From an uncultured Candidatus Saccharibacteria bacterium (GTDB lineage Bacteria; Patescibacteriota; Minisyncoccia; Phycocordibacterales; UBA1006): DNA of 64,000 nucleotides. The stretch is taken from positions 248,377-312,376 of the forward strand of contig CAYGJA010000001.1 in NCBI GenBank assembly GCA_964350165.1, read 5' to 3'. Both the position numbers and the translations under genes were made by a program. This document shows positions 16,791 through 27,490 of the stretch, piece by piece; the stretch's first letter is position 1; each line of letters opens with the position of its first letter. The notes below the pieces were generated by a model. The model did not search any database and was not told the origin of the DNA. It saw only the letters and a program-made list of their open reading frames with translations.

Positions 16791-18827
16791 TTATTGTGGT
16801 TCTTCGCCATCTTCTAGTGCCCGCAGTGTTCGCAATGACGTGAAATGAGCATCCTGCAAAAAAGTCGAATCCGGAGACGTTGCCAGCATAATATCGATGG
16901 TTTCGCGAGCTTTTTCATATTCTCCCTCCATCGTATATAACTCGGCCAGAGTAAGGTACGCCATGGCATTCTGAGGAGCAATCGCCACTGCCTGGTTGGC
17001 ATATTCGATTGCATCTTTCATTTTTCCTGTCTCTCCCATAAAGACTCGTAGCTGAGCCATTTTGGCAGCGGTAATGTATCCACGATAGTTATATGGTCGC
17101 TTTTCGGCTTCGTAGAGCAGTGCTTGTTCAAAAAATTCAGCTTCGGACCTAATGGCTGGAGCAGACTGAGGATTTACCAGTTCTGGTTGTTGACGAATAC
17201 TGTCGTACATCCGCGTAGCGACTGTCCGCAAAAACAACGTACGTCCAGCCGGTAAGCTGAAAGCCTGATCGTACAATTCCATGCGCTCCTGCGGAGTGTT
17301 CACCACCAGGCTGCGACTGACTGCCCAGGAAGCGTTCAAAATCCGAGTTGATGTCGCAAAGATAAGCACCAGTACAGATATAGCAATCAGGCCGTGCATG
17401 CTCTTCCAGGCAATTTCTTTTTCTGCACAAGGGGCCAATGAGGCCTGGTTGCGACGAGGAAGCCTGGAGGCAAGATACGTAAGAACAAAAAAGAAAGCTA
17501 CATAACTAACCGTCATGTCGAACACCGTCATCCCCTGCAAAAGATAAGCAAACATCAGCCCACCTAAAATAGCTGACTCCGCATCAGAAACTCGTCCCAT
17601 TTTTCGTAATCGAAAGACCACCAAAAAGAAGGCTGCAAAAAGTAAAGCGTATGCCAAAAGACCGAGCATACCGGTCGAAACCATCGTATCAACAACAATA
17701 TTATGAGCTCGGTCAAACCAAAGCTCTCCACCATAGGCATCGACATATAGCAACGGATCAAAAAATCGCTGATGCAACAAATCAAAAGATTCTGGCCCCC
17801 ACCCTAATAACGGTCGCTCAGAAAAAGCCTGCATTGATTCGTTCCAGGTCAGAAAACGTGCCCGAGCCGCCATGTCCCCAAAAGCCTCTCGCACTTGCGT
17901 GCCTGGCGTAAAGAGCATCACCAGAGCCGTCATGCTCGCTATCAAAATTCCAAAGGAGATCAGGGTGCCGGTAATTTTTTTCCAAGCCTGTTTTTGTCTC
18001 AGCAGCCATAATCCACCAGCGAGGAACAGTCCAATAAAAAGTGAAGCCGCAACGGCCCTAGCTTGACCCAAAATTAATTGAGGAGAAGACAGCAGTGTTC
18101 CAATCGAAACATCTCCGGAAAAAATTCCAAAATTAAAGATAGCTGGACTAAAAATCATGAGCACCAGTGCCGACCAGGAATAGATGCGTAATTTTTTTGA
18201 TTTTTTACCCTCTTGCACCAAAATCAACAAGGTTGCAAAAAAAGTAAACAATACGTACGTTCCCAAAAAAGAAGTGTTTCCAATCGTCGCCCCGCCGCGA
18301 GACAAATCAAGACCAGTAAAAATATTTAAACCATGCGGACCAAAAATCGTATACGCCGACACAATGACCCCAGTCAGACTAAAAACACCCAACAGTCGCT
18401 TCCAGATATGCTTTCCTCGCAACACCGCTGTCGAAACCGTGAGCCACATGGTCAGATGAAGTAACAACAAAATACCTGTCATGCGTTGATAGGTTGACCA
18501 AAAAGAAAGCGTCCAATCGGCTCCAAAAATACCAGAAACAGTCCACACCCCCAAAAGACCTAGCGTTGCTAGGATTATAGGATTCTTGAAATCAATACGG
18601 TATTTTTTTGGATTGAGATAATGCAAAACCGCCCAATTAATTACCAACAGATCCACGGTGATCATAAAGAATACTGATCTGGGGACAATAAAAGGAAAGA
18701 AGAATTTTTTGGCAACGAGGAGTGGCACAACAAAAACAACGACTGCGGTAAGTACTAGAAATATTTTTCTAGCCACTTTTTCTACGTCTGAAGCAAGGAT
18801 GTCGGGCAGGTCTTGTTGGTCATTCAT
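16791..18827 (-). CDS. O-antigen ligase/polymerase-family (Wzy_C) membrane protein with C-terminal TPR repeats; candidate O-oligosaccharyltransferase
   Basis: About 12 TM helices. Wzy_C periplasmic loop (AARARFLTWNESMQAFSERPLLGWGPESF ... DRAHNIVVDTMVSTGMLGLLAY). C-terminal about 200 aa TPR-like (YNYRGYITAAKMAQL..., AMAYLTLAELYTMEGEYEKARETID). Start taken at MNDQQ (18827) to avoid overlap with divergent 18885 gene. Confidence 0.65.
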   Translation of the reverse strand: MNDQQDLPDILASDVEKVARKIFLVLTAVVVFVVPLLVAKKFFFPFIVPRSVFFMITVDLLVINWAVLHYLNPKKYRIDFKNPIILATLGLLGVWTVSGIFGADWTLSFWSTYQRMTGILLLLHLTMWLTVSTAVLRGKHIWKRLLGVFSLTGVIVSAYTIFGPHGLNIFTGLDLSRGGATIGNTSFLGTYVLFTFFATLLILVQEGKKSKKLRIYSWSALVLMIFSPAIFNFGIFSGDVSIGTLLSSPQLILGQARAVAASLFIGLFLAGGLWLLRQKQAWKKITGTLISFGILIASMTALVMLFTPGTQVREAFGDMAARARFLTWNESMQAFSERPLLGWGPESFDLLHQRFFDPLLYVDAYGGELWFDRAHNIVVDTMVSTGMLGLLAYALLFAAFFLVVFRLRKMGRVSDAESAILGGLMFAYLLQGMTVFDMTVSYVAFFFVLTYLASRLPRRNQASLAPCAEKEIAWKSMHGLIAISVLVLIFATSTRILNASWAVSRSLVVNTPQERMELYDQAFSLPAGRTLFLRTVATRMYDSIRQQPELVNPQSAPAIRSEAEFFEQALLYEAEKRPYNYRGYITAAKMAQLRVFMGETGKMKDAIEYANQAVAIAPQNAMAYLTLAELYTMEGEYEKARETIDIMLATSPDSTFLQDAHFTSLRTLRALEDGEEPQ

Positions 18828-18884
18828 GGTTTTATACGTTGCAAATGTGTAACGCGAATAGTATAACATCGATACGCACCCACC

Positions 18885-20165
18885 ATGAAACAACCCCGCA
18901 TTGGACTATTATTGACCGGAGATTTGGCAGCAATGGCTATCGCTTTTGTGGCCACACTTATTTTTGGTTTTGGTGGCTCTGTGCCAACCGAAACAATCCT
19001 CATTCACGCCAGACCATTTAGTGTTTTGTATGGAGTTTGGATACTTATCTTTTATGTTTTTGAACTTTATGACGTCGAATATCATCGACATGGTATCCAG
19101 CTCTATGCCAAAATAAGCCAAGCTCTTCTGACTGCCCTCCTGGCCTCTATCGCCTTTTTTTACATATTGCCTTTTTATGGAATTTCTCCACGAACAAATC
19201 TAGCCATCAACATCACAGTGTTTGGTATCTTTTTTCTCTTGTGGCGATTGCTTTTTTCTCAGCAAATCGCAAAACGTTTTACAATCAAAACCAGCATCAT
19301 CGATCCTAAAAATAAACTACAAGAGTTGGAAAATCTTTTGGCAGAATCTCCTCAACTTGGCCTAGGTGCGCCGGTTCGTTTTTTGTCAGCCAGCCTTATT
19401 CCAGCCGACACTCAATTCGTGATCGTAGACGCCAATAGATTAGAAGCCGTTGCCATCGAAGACTTGCTCAATTCACCCAAACAAGTAATGAGCTCTGTTT
19501 CTGCTTATGAGCAATATTTTCAAAAAATACCACTTTCTCTTGTTGACACAGAATGGCTTGTTCACAACATAAAACCTCGGTCGAATCCTTTTTATCGACT
19601 GGTGCACGCGATACTTGACCCGATTGTGGCTATGGTAATCATTCTAATCACCCTACCCGTCACTCTAATTTCGGCGCTACTTATTTATCTAGAAGATCGT
19701 GGCCCTATCTTCTACACCCAAACTCGAACAGGTATCTATGGAAAGCCTTTTCTTATTTACAAATTCCGATCAATGCACAACGATGCAGAAAAAAATGGTG
19801 CTGAGTGGTCGGCGGGAAAAAAAGATTTGCGAATCACTAAAATTGGAAAAATATTACGCAAACTACATATCGATGAGATTCCGCAAATGCTTAATATTAT
19901 TAAAGGAGACATTGCCTTGATTGGCCCTCGTGCGGAACGACCAGAATTTGTTAACAAACTAGAACAAGAGATTCCTCATTATCGAACCCGACACATGGTA
20001 AAACCTGGTTTTACTGGTTGGGCACAGATCAAATTTCTCTACGCTCGCAGTGTTATGGACTCTTATGAAAAATTCCAATACGACCTGTATTACATCAAAA
20101 ACCGAAATTTAATCATGGACATGGCTATTCTGGTGCGGACAGCCTATATCATCATCAAACACTAG
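18885..20165 (+). CDS. Polyprenyl-phosphate hexose-1-phosphate transferase (WbaP/EpsE-type priming glycosyltransferase)
   Basis: N-terminal TM region plus C-terminal bacterial sugar transferase domain (PIFYTQTRTGIYGKPFLIYKFRSM...DEIPQMLNIIKGDIALIGPRAERPEF...KPGFTGWAQI). Confidence 0.85.
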   Translation: MKQPRIGLLLTGDLAAMAIAFVATLIFGFGGSVPTETILIHARPFSVLYGVWILIFYVFELYDVEYHRHGIQLYAKISQALLTALLASIAFFYILPFYGISPRTNLAINITVFGIFFLLWRLLFSQQIAKRFTIKTSIIDPKNKLQELENLLAESPQLGLGAPVRFLSASLIPADTQFVIVDANRLEAVAIEDLLNSPKQVMSSVSAYEQYFQKIPLSLVDTEWLVHNIKPRSNPFYRLVHAILDPIVAMVIILITLPVTLISALLIYLEDRGPIFYTQTRTGIYGKPFLIYKFRSMHNDAEKNGAEWSAGKKDLRITKIGKILRKLHIDEIPQMLNIIKGDIALIGPRAERPEFVNKLEQEIPHYRTRHMVKPGFTGWAQIKFLYARSVMDSYEKFQYDLYYIKNRNLIMDMAILVRTAYIIIKH

Positions 20166-21277
20166 CAATCGAGCACCTTTCTATAAATCTTTAGCGTCTC
20201 GTCAACCATGTGTTCTCGAGAAAATTTTTCTTTTGTTTGTTTTTCAAATTCTAATCCGGCTGTTTTTCGAGAATATTCGTCTTGGGCAAGAAAAGTATCA
20301 AGCGCTTTTGTTAAACCAACCACAGAACCTGGTTCAACAAGCCAGTCTTGATTAGTAACAATTTCTGGAACTCCACCAACCCGACTGGCCAACACGGGAA
20401 CACCCGCCAAACCAGCTTCGATAATTGTGTATGGTAGCCCTTCCTTCAAAGAAGGCAACATCAGACAATCAAAAGCCCTGAGATAAGAAGCAGCCCCATC
20501 GACATGACTCAAAAAAAATACCTTTTTATCTAAACCAAATCGGTTTACTTGTTTTTCTAATTCTGCACGTAGCTCCCCTTCGCCAACAAAAAAGAATTGG
20601 GCCTCTATGGACCGAGCGACTTCGAGCAAAAACCGATGCCCCTTGTTGGGATGAAGTTCAGCCACCACACCAATCCAAGGTTTTTCTCTGACTGGTTCTT
20701 TTTTTACTAAAGGAAGTAATCGTCTCCTCGAGGTTTCTCTATCAAAAAATTCCACTTCGCGACCAAGATATACCAACCGAGTTTTTCTCCCAACCAGCGG
20801 CATTTTTTGTGCCAACCGAAAATCATTCATGCTTGGAACAATTACCTGCGAAGAAAACAAGCCAGTCAACCAGCTGAGCAACCAAATAAGCACAGTGGCC
20901 AGTTTGTTTCTTTTTTCTTGGAAAGGCCAGCCATGAGCCGTAAAGACTGTTTTTTTCCGTAACAAAAAACCAACCACTGCTCCAATTCCACCAAGTTTTG
21001 AACTATTAACATGAATAATGTCGGCATTGGTTTTTTTGGCAAGTCGCGTCAATTCTAAAAAAGTTTTTATATCTTTTATCAGACTTACATCGCGTTGAGC
21101 GGAAGCAAAAGCATACGTGGACACACCTTGTTCTTCTAGTTTTTGCAACAAAGGGCCACCACCCCCAGCTGCCACCACAACAGAATGCCCTTTTTCTTTC
21201 ATTGCCACAGCCAAGTCATACACATAACGTTGGGCTCCACCCCATTTTGATTTTGTAATGACGTGCAATATCTTCAT
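20162..21277 (-). CDS. Glycosyltransferase family 4 (GT-B)
   Basis: MKILHVITKSKWGGAQRYVYDLA... N-terminal GT4 domain and C-terminal Glycos_transf_1 signature (EGLPYTIIEAGLAGVPVLASRVGGVPEIV). Confidence 0.8.
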   Translation of the reverse strand: MKILHVITKSKWGGAQRYVYDLAVAMKEKGHSVVVAAGGGGPLLQKLEEQGVSTYAFASAQRDVSLIKDIKTFLELTRLAKKTNADIIHVNSSKLGGIGAVVGFLLRKKTVFTAHGWPFQEKRNKLATVLIWLLSWLTGLFSSQVIVPSMNDFRLAQKMPLVGRKTRLVYLGREVEFFDRETSRRRLLPLVKKEPVREKPWIGVVAELHPNKGHRFLLEVARSIEAQFFFVGEGELRAELEKQVNRFGLDKKVFFLSHVDGAASYLRAFDCLMLPSLKEGLPYTIIEAGLAGVPVLASRVGGVPEIVTNQDWLVEPGSVVGLTKALDTFLAQDEYSRKTAGLEFEKQTKEKFSREHMVDETLKIYRKVLDC

Positions 21278-21279
21278 AT

Positions 21280-22086
21280 TTATTTCATCAAACGAAGCCC
21301 AGACAGAACTCGATACGCCACATATCTGACCAGACGACGCACCCAAGCAATATAGAAATTGGGATAATCTTTTTTGAATTTTTGAATAATACTCAATACG
21401 CCTTTCATAGCATTGGCTCGCCTCGCTACAATAATATTCCCTTGGTGAATGCGGTACCCCACCATATACCGAGGCAAGTTTACTAACTTTCCAATCCGAC
21501 CCAAACGCAAAAATAATTCATAATCTTCGGCGGTGGTTAGCTTGTTGTCATATCCCCCAAGGTCGAGCACCTGTTGAGTTCGAAACATTACCGAGGAGTG
21601 AACAAAAGGGTTTTTCTTGAGCATCGTGGCGCGAACATCTTTGTCGCTGATTGGATTTTTTAAATGCTCCAACCCTTCTCCATCCTTATCAATCGTGACA
21701 ACTCTTGTCCCAACAAGGGCCACCTCTGGTTTTTGCTCCAGGTATCTAACCTGTTTGCCTAATTTTTCAGGATCTAGCCAGATGTCATCACTATCAATAA
21801 CCGCCACGAACACACCTCGCACATAGGACAAGGCGGTATTGCGCGCTCGTCCAACATCTTGATTAACTGTGTTTTTGTAATAATGAATTCGGTTGTCCTT
21901 AAAACCAGCCACAATCTGTTCTGTATCATCAGTAGAAGCATCATCAACAATAATCATTTCCCAGTCTTGGTAACGCTGTTTTTGGACACTGGCAATCGCC
22001 GCACCAATCAAATCGGCTCTATTATACGTAACCATACAGACAGATACTGTCGGTTTTTTTACTGATTCTTGTTGATACGTGTCCAT
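21280..22086 (-). CDS. Glycosyltransferase family 2 (GT-A)
   Basis: VSVCMVTYNRADLIGAAIASVQKQRYQDWEMIIVDDASTDDT...VIDSDDIW: DxD and GT2 fold. Confidence 0.8.
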   Translation of the reverse strand: MDTYQQESVKKPTVSVCMVTYNRADLIGAAIASVQKQRYQDWEMIIVDDASTDDTEQIVAGFKDNRIHYYKNTVNQDVGRARNTALSYVRGVFVAVIDSDDIWLDPEKLGKQVRYLEQKPEVALVGTRVVTIDKDGEGLEHLKNPISDKDVRATMLKKNPFVHSSVMFRTQQVLDLGGYDNKLTTAEDYELFLRLGRIGKLVNLPRYMVGYRIHQGNIIVARRANAMKGVLSIIQKFKKDYPNFYIAWVRRLVRYVAYRVLSGLRLMK

Positions 22087-22934
22087 GTTTTTGGGATTAA
22101 ATCTTTAAAAAATTTTTCGTTCACTTCAAACCAGGGTTCGGGCGCAATAACAATTTTGCTTGGGTTTTGATTAAGCCAAGCACCCCACCAGCTAAAAGTG
22201 CTGTTGGCGATAATATTGTGCCGACACTTGCTCATCAAAATAATCTCTTCTGCGTCCGTCAGGCCTTGCCCGGAAACAAAGACCACTTTTTTTCCTATCA
22301 ATAAGTTTTCTTTTACCCAATCGATATCATCAGAAAAAATAAAGAAAACTGGATCTTTGGTTTTTGCTCGTACCATTTCGATGGCTGACTGATAATAACC
22401 AAGACCACACTCACCATAAGCCTTGTTCACAGAAGCATTAGCAACATAATCACCACGACGAACATGCAGAGCGATGCTTTCACTTCGAGATATCTGGTCC
22501 GAGAACTGCTCTGCTGTGGCAGACAAGCCCTTCTTTAAAGAAAAGTCAGCAAGCAAGACATCTCGAATACTTTCAAAATACTTTGGTGATTGCCAATAAC
22601 CATCTAGATATTTTGTACCCTTTGTTTTTAAGACAACAGGTTCCCAGCCTATGTGCATTTGCCGTAATATCTTGAAACGAAATTTTCGCAGTATTTTTGA
22701 AAATATTCCATACTGATTTTTATACTGCTGGATCTGCTGAGGGGTGGCGATATTTCCTGCAACTAAAAACTGTCCCAACGAAAAAGGGCGATAAATATCA
22801 CCAACCTGATTGGCTCGATCGAGACCACTCGTGTCTAGCAATAATTCATCATTGTTCTGCAACGAAAGCTTTCGTCCTAGTGCATACTGAAACATCTGAT
22901 TACCTAACCCTCCTTTTATGTTCACGACAATCAT
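22059..22934 (-). CDS. Alpha-1,2-fucosyltransferase (GT11 family)
   Basis: N-terminal GGLGNQMFQYA hallmark motif of GT11 fucosyltransferases. 291 aa. Confidence 0.75.
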   Translation of the reverse strand: MIVVNIKGGLGNQMFQYALGRKLSLQNNDELLLDTSGLDRANQVGDIYRPFSLGQFLVAGNIATPQQIQQYKNQYGIFSKILRKFRFKILRQMHIGWEPVVLKTKGTKYLDGYWQSPKYFESIRDVLLADFSLKKGLSATAEQFSDQISRSESIALHVRRGDYVANASVNKAYGECGLGYYQSAIEMVRAKTKDPVFFIFSDDIDWVKENLLIGKKVVFVSGQGLTDAEEIILMSKCRHNIIANSTFSWWGAWLNQNPSKIVIAPEPWFEVNEKFFKDLIPKTWTRINKNQ

Positions 22935-23881
22935 AATATGTATTCTGCCATATTTGATAACTTTTCTTTTGGAATGGCGACCAGATTATCATATCCATAA
23001 TTTTCCTGAGGAGTGTGCGCTTTGAGCAACCCGTCTACCGCAATCTCGAACAGCTGGTATTGATGATGTTGCAGCAATTGAAGTGCCTTACTCCTCCCCT
23101 CCGCCCAAGATTTACCACCAGCAACTTCAATAGACACCAGCGGTCTCAATTCCTCAGAGGACAATGTCTTGTCCAACCCCAACAAAACCTCATGTTCAAA
23201 ACCTTCGGCATCAATCTTGATTACATCGGCCGCTAGATTACCGTTCTTCAAATGATCATCCAGAATAACTGTTTCCACCTGGACACTTCGAGACTCCTTG
23301 GACAAATCGGCGGCGCCAGTAACATGAGCGCTATTATAAGCACCGTATCCTGGACCATAATCAGCCAAAGTGATTTCTCCACTAGTATCAGAAACCGCTT
23401 TTTGAAAAATTTTTACATTATCCATTTCTTTTGTGTTTTTTTTCAATAGCGCGTATGTCCAAGGGGTCGGCTCAAAAGCCAGCACTTTTCCCCGTGAGTC
23501 CACGAGACGAGCAAAAAGCATCGTGTAAAAACCAACATGAGCCCCCACATCAATACAAACCATGCCAGGCTGTACGTAGCGAAGAAAAAAGTTAGCGAGG
23601 TTTGCCTCACAATATCCGTAATAATAAAAAGTATTACCTTCGGGCAAATAGCTCTGCATTCTGTCACCCCAGAGTGTCTTGAACCGCAATTGATACGGCC
23701 GAAGGCGACTGAGGGCTGCTAAAAAATAAAAAGGAAGCGTACGCAAAGGTGCTCGCAGTAATCTTTTCCAGCGACTCAGGGGTCGTAATTTTTCTCGAGC
23801 GACAATAGTTGCTCTTATTTTTTTTCGTTCACTGTTATTCATTGGTTGCTGATGTTTGTTGATAGAGACGAAGGTAGGCAT
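22931..23881 (-). CDS. FkbM-family SAM-dependent methyltransferase
   Basis: VCIDVGAHVGFYTMLFARL...VLAFEPTPWTYALLKKN...IKIDAEGFEHEVLLG is the FkbM pattern. True start may be MNNSERKK (23842). Confidence 0.7.
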   Translation of the reverse strand: MPTFVSINKHQQPMNNSERKKIRATIVAREKLRPLSRWKRLLRAPLRTLPFYFLAALSRLRPYQLRFKTLWGDRMQSYLPEGNTFYYYGYCEANLANFFLRYVQPGMVCIDVGAHVGFYTMLFARLVDSRGKVLAFEPTPWTYALLKKNTKEMDNVKIFQKAVSDTSGEITLADYGPGYGAYNSAHVTGAADLSKESRSVQVETVILDDHLKNGNLAADVIKIDAEGFEHEVLLGLDKTLSSEELRPLVSIEVAGGKSWAEGRSKALQLLQHHQYQLFEIAVDGLLKAHTPQENYGYDNLVAIPKEKLSNMAEYIL

Positions 23882-25037
23882 TGGTCATATTGGAGACATC
23901 ATATTTTTCTCGAACCTTGCCGGCGGCAGACTGGGACAGTTTTGTTTTTTCTGAATTAGACAGAGCCAGCACCCACTGAACACCCCTTATCAAATCTGGG
24001 ACACTTTGATAAGGACCAACATAGCCTTGTTCTTTATGAACCAAGACTTCTTTGACGCCGCCAACGTCAAAGGTAACAACTGGCAAACCGCAACTCATGG
24101 CCTCGAGTATCACTAACGGAAAATTTTCGGCAATAGAAGTAAAAAGAAGCGCATCGGCGGCACTGTAGTATAGGGCAAGCTCCTGAGGAGAAGCGACATG
24201 GCCTCGATAAAGAACATTTTTTTCTTGCTCATGTTTCACCAAATTGCCAACACTGAGGAACACCGTATCTGTATCTTTAGAAAAATGATCAATAACCTTT
24301 TGAGTATATTTCCAACCTTTCCACGTATTGTTCTTGGCGTCCACGGCCAAAAACAAGATTATTTTTTTATCTAGCGGTAATGCAAGCTTTTTTCGTGCCT
24401 CAGTCTGATCGCTACCAACAAAAGCCTTGGTATCAATACCATTAGGAATGTGGTACTGAGTGTGACTTCCTAGCGGTGTTTTTTCAACTCGATGCTTAAG
24501 CCACAGTGAAGGAGAAACAACGTGTAAATTTTTTGCAGTCTGATAGACATAGAGGCGATCTGACGCCAGTTTTTTGGTATTGTTCCAAAGAATTCGAGGC
24601 TGTGTGTTAATGCTTGGACAAACATACAAACCGTTCTTCATCTTTGTACCCTCCAGAGTATAAGCACAATGGGGCGTAATCGCCCATTCATCATGCAGTG
24701 TCCAAATGATGGTTTTTTCTTGAGACATTTTTACCAAAGTGCCCAAATTAAAAAAACGACCATGTAGATTGTGGCAGTGAATGATATCTGCGTTTTTATA
24801 TTCTGGGGTATCGAGTATCCAGTCTGTTCTAGGTAATTTGTCGGTGCCCAACAAGAGCCCCACATATTTACGCCAGGTTTGCCTAGGTATTACTTGCACC
24901 GATGGATCATTGCTTCTCTTGTCCGCCACGAACATAGACACCGTGTGGCCCTTTTTTTCAGCAGCTTTTTTTATCTCCCAGGAAACCTTGGCTGCGCCAC
25001 CCAGAATATCGGTTGTACCTATGATTAAGATATTCAT
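23835..25037 (-). CDS. Glycosyltransferase family 4 (GT-B)
   Basis: MNILIIGTTDILGGAAKVSWEIKKAAEKKGH... and C-terminal ENFPLVILEAMSCGLPVVTFDVGGVKEVL (Glycos_transf_1). Confidence 0.8.
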   Translation of the reverse strand: MNILIIGTTDILGGAAKVSWEIKKAAEKKGHTVSMFVADKRSNDPSVQVIPRQTWRKYVGLLLGTDKLPRTDWILDTPEYKNADIIHCHNLHGRFFNLGTLVKMSQEKTIIWTLHDEWAITPHCAYTLEGTKMKNGLYVCPSINTQPRILWNNTKKLASDRLYVYQTAKNLHVVSPSLWLKHRVEKTPLGSHTQYHIPNGIDTKAFVGSDQTEARKKLALPLDKKIILFLAVDAKNNTWKGWKYTQKVIDHFSKDTDTVFLSVGNLVKHEQEKNVLYRGHVASPQELALYYSAADALLFTSIAENFPLVILEAMSCGLPVVTFDVGGVKEVLVHKEQGYVGPYQSVPDLIRGVQWVLALSNSEKTKLSQSAAGKVREKYDVSNMTNAYLRLYQQTSATNE

Positions 25038-25771
25038 TTCTTTGCAATGATTATGTAATCCATGGTTGGTCCAGATTTATCAAGCAACCAGTCTAGACCC
25101 AAAGACAGCGCCTGAATAGGCGCAAAGAGAAAAATAGCCAACAGAGCCTTGAGCACTGGCGCTCTAAACTTTATTGACTCAAAAACCCACACCACAAACA
25201 GTTGGCCAAACGTACCAAAAAATCCGGTAGTTTTCTGAATGGAAACATCCTGAAAACCATATTTTGAAAAAATACGCTTATGCTGAAAACTAGTATAACG
25301 GCGAAAATCATAAGGCACCTCGTGTTCGGGGTACATGAATGGCATCGAGAAAAAAGCTTTCCCACCCGGACGCAAGACTCGCGCCGCCTCGGCAACAAGC
25401 ATGTCGGCGTTATCAGCATGCTCGAGTACTTGGGTGCAAATCACAACGTCAAAAGAAGTATCCGGGTATGGCACAGTGCGACCATCGTAATAAACATCAA
25501 CAACCTTTGCCTGATCGCTGTGTCCCCCGCCTTCGATGTCGATACCGATATATTCTTTGGCAACAAAAAGTGAGCGGTAAGGTTTGAGGCCGCAACCAAT
25601 ATCCAGCACTCGGGCTTCTGCCGGCACTCCATCCGCAAATAATGATATATTCTGGAGCAACGACCACCGATTGATAAAATATGGATTGATAAAAATTGAA
25701 TACCAAACAGGACGAAAAAAACTTTCATCAATAATTTTATCTTTAATTTTTTTTATTCTAGAGAGCGTCAT
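25034..25771 (-). CDS. Class I SAM-dependent methyltransferase
   Basis: RVLDIGCGLKPY (motif I GxGxG) ... ADMLVAEAARVLRPGGKAFFSMP (post-II). Confidence 0.65.
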   Translation of the reverse strand: MTLSRIKKIKDKIIDESFFRPVWYSIFINPYFINRWSLLQNISLFADGVPAEARVLDIGCGLKPYRSLFVAKEYIGIDIEGGGHSDQAKVVDVYYDGRTVPYPDTSFDVVICTQVLEHADNADMLVAEAARVLRPGGKAFFSMPFMYPEHEVPYDFRRYTSFQHKRIFSKYGFQDVSIQKTTGFFGTFGQLFVVWVFESIKFRAPVLKALLAIFLFAPIQALSLGLDWLLDKSGPTMDYIIIAKK

Positions 25772-26538
25772 ATTCGATAACCATAGATATTAAGCTGCAG
25801 ATCCATGCCGTGGTCACTGTTTTGTGAAATATACGGAAAAGGAGAACGAATTCCAACGTGCTCTATATAATATCGAAAACCAGCTTCTTTCAATAGCAAA
25901 AGAATATTATCCAACCCCTGAGGCTGATTGGACTGAGAATGATATTCAACAAAAATATTTTTTACTTTTTTCAAATTTTCTCGACTACTTTCCAGTACTT
26001 CAAGCTCTGCCCCCTCGATGTCTAGTTTTAAAAAATCTACTGGTTTTGTAATGTAATCAGATAGAACAACAGCTGGTACTTCTATTTTCTTTGTAGCCTG
26101 TCCATGATTAATTTTTGATCCACCGTCAGAACCATCAGAGTAAAAAGTGACCGAGCCCTTTTCTGCCGCCAGACAAGCGCCGATACAAGTCACACCTTCT
26201 GCAACTCCCGCAGAAACAATGTTCTTCTTTAAGATTGCATAGATATCAGGATCGGGCTCAAAAGCCAACACTTCGGCCTCTGGAAATAGTTTTTTAAAAA
26301 AAACAACCGACAAGCCGATATTCGAGCCGCCGTCGATAATAAAAGGAGTTTTTGCATTGGTTTTGAATTTATATATCTCCTTACCAAAGATTTCATCGTA
26401 CATAAACAAAAAAGAAGATTTGTCCGCAACAGTACAAAGAAACCCAGGATATCGTGTTTGAAAAACAACAAATCTATCATGCAAGCGCACATTAATCCTG
26501 CGCAACAACTTTATTATCTTGTTTAAAAAGGAATCCAT
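25768..26538 (-). CDS. FkbM-family methyltransferase
   Basis: FIIDGGSNIGLSVVFFKKLFPEAEVLAFEPDPDIYAILKKN...LKLDIEGAELEVL. Confidence 0.75.
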   Translation of the reverse strand: MDSFLNKIIKLLRRINVRLHDRFVVFQTRYPGFLCTVADKSSFLFMYDEIFGKEIYKFKTNAKTPFIIDGGSNIGLSVVFFKKLFPEAEVLAFEPDPDIYAILKKNIVSAGVAEGVTCIGACLAAEKGSVTFYSDGSDGGSKINHGQATKKIEVPAVVLSDYITKPVDFLKLDIEGAELEVLESSRENLKKVKNIFVEYHSQSNQPQGLDNILLLLKEAGFRYYIEHVGIRSPFPYISQNSDHGMDLQLNIYGYRI

Positions 26539-26551
26539 GTCGGCATTAGCC

Positions 26552-27490
26552 TCATTTGCGAAGCTGTTTTATGTACTCAGTATAGCATAATCGCACCCTG
26601 TTCTGGATTCGTTGCCATAAGCTTTTTACAAATATTTTCTTCATAACAAGAGCATCCAACCCTTTATCTTCTTTCATCTCTCCAGCACACACTAAAGGAA
26701 ATTGCATTTTTTGAGCAAACGGAGATATGGAGGCTGCGCCATGTGTGTGAGTAGCTTCATCATCAAAACCAATGTTATAGACCATGTTTACAACCGGCGC
26801 CACACAAAAACCGCCGCGCCTCATGATTGAATACGTCCACGGCGTAGCCCAAGAATCTACGTTTCGACGAGAAACATGCTCAAACAGCCCAGGCCAATAA
26901 CGAGCGTGTTTCTTTTTAGAAAAACGAGAAAGATATTCTTTGTCTCCAAGTAATTGCTGGCGATATTTCATTTCCGAATCAAAGTGTTTCCAAGATCTTG
27001 CCCACGTTGCCCAACCCCAAACATGAGGAATTCTTGAAAAGTAATATGACCCCGCAACCCTCTGCAGATCATTTGATTCCAGAAAAACCGTTCCATTAAT
27101 GTGCATAACCCGATCGTCTGCTCGATATTTTTCAAGCAATTCCGCGCAGAACCTAAAAAAAGAAGGGTCCGGAATACAGTCATCCTCCAAGATGACGCCC
27201 TCTTGCTCGTGACTAAAAAACCAAGAAATACCACCTGAAACCCCCAGCTTGCAACCAAGATTTTTTTCTGAAAAATTGGTTATTACTTCGCAGGGCCAGC
27301 CAGGGTCTGTCGCTATCAGACGGGCCTGATTACATCGCTCAGCCTCACCCTTCCTATCAGAACGTGGACCATCCGCAGAAACATAAATTTTAGCTGGTCT
27401 TATCTTTTCTAGGGCACGCATTAATTTCCGGACTTTTTCTGGCCGGTTAAAAATGAGCAACAAAATGGCGGGTGGGTTATTCTGATTCAT
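26552..27490 (-). CDS. Putative GT-A-fold glycosyltransferase (HlpA/GNT-I-like), hypothetical
   Basis: N-term PAILLLIFNRPEKVRKLMRALEKIRPAKIYVSADGP resembles HlpA-like glycosyltransferases, plus EDDCIP acidic motif. Assignment tentative. Confidence 0.4.
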   Translation of the reverse strand: MNQNNPPAILLLIFNRPEKVRKLMRALEKIRPAKIYVSADGPRSDRKGEAERCNQARLIATDPGWPCEVITNFSEKNLGCKLGVSGGISWFFSHEQEGVILEDDCIPDPSFFRFCAELLEKYRADDRVMHINGTVFLESNDLQRVAGSYYFSRIPHVWGWATWARSWKHFDSEMKYRQQLLGDKEYLSRFSKKKHARYWPGLFEHVSRRNVDSWATPWTYSIMRRGGFCVAPVVNMVYNIGFDDEATHTHGAASISPFAQKMQFPLVCAGEMKEDKGLDALVMKKIFVKSLWQRIQNRVRLCYTEYIKQLRK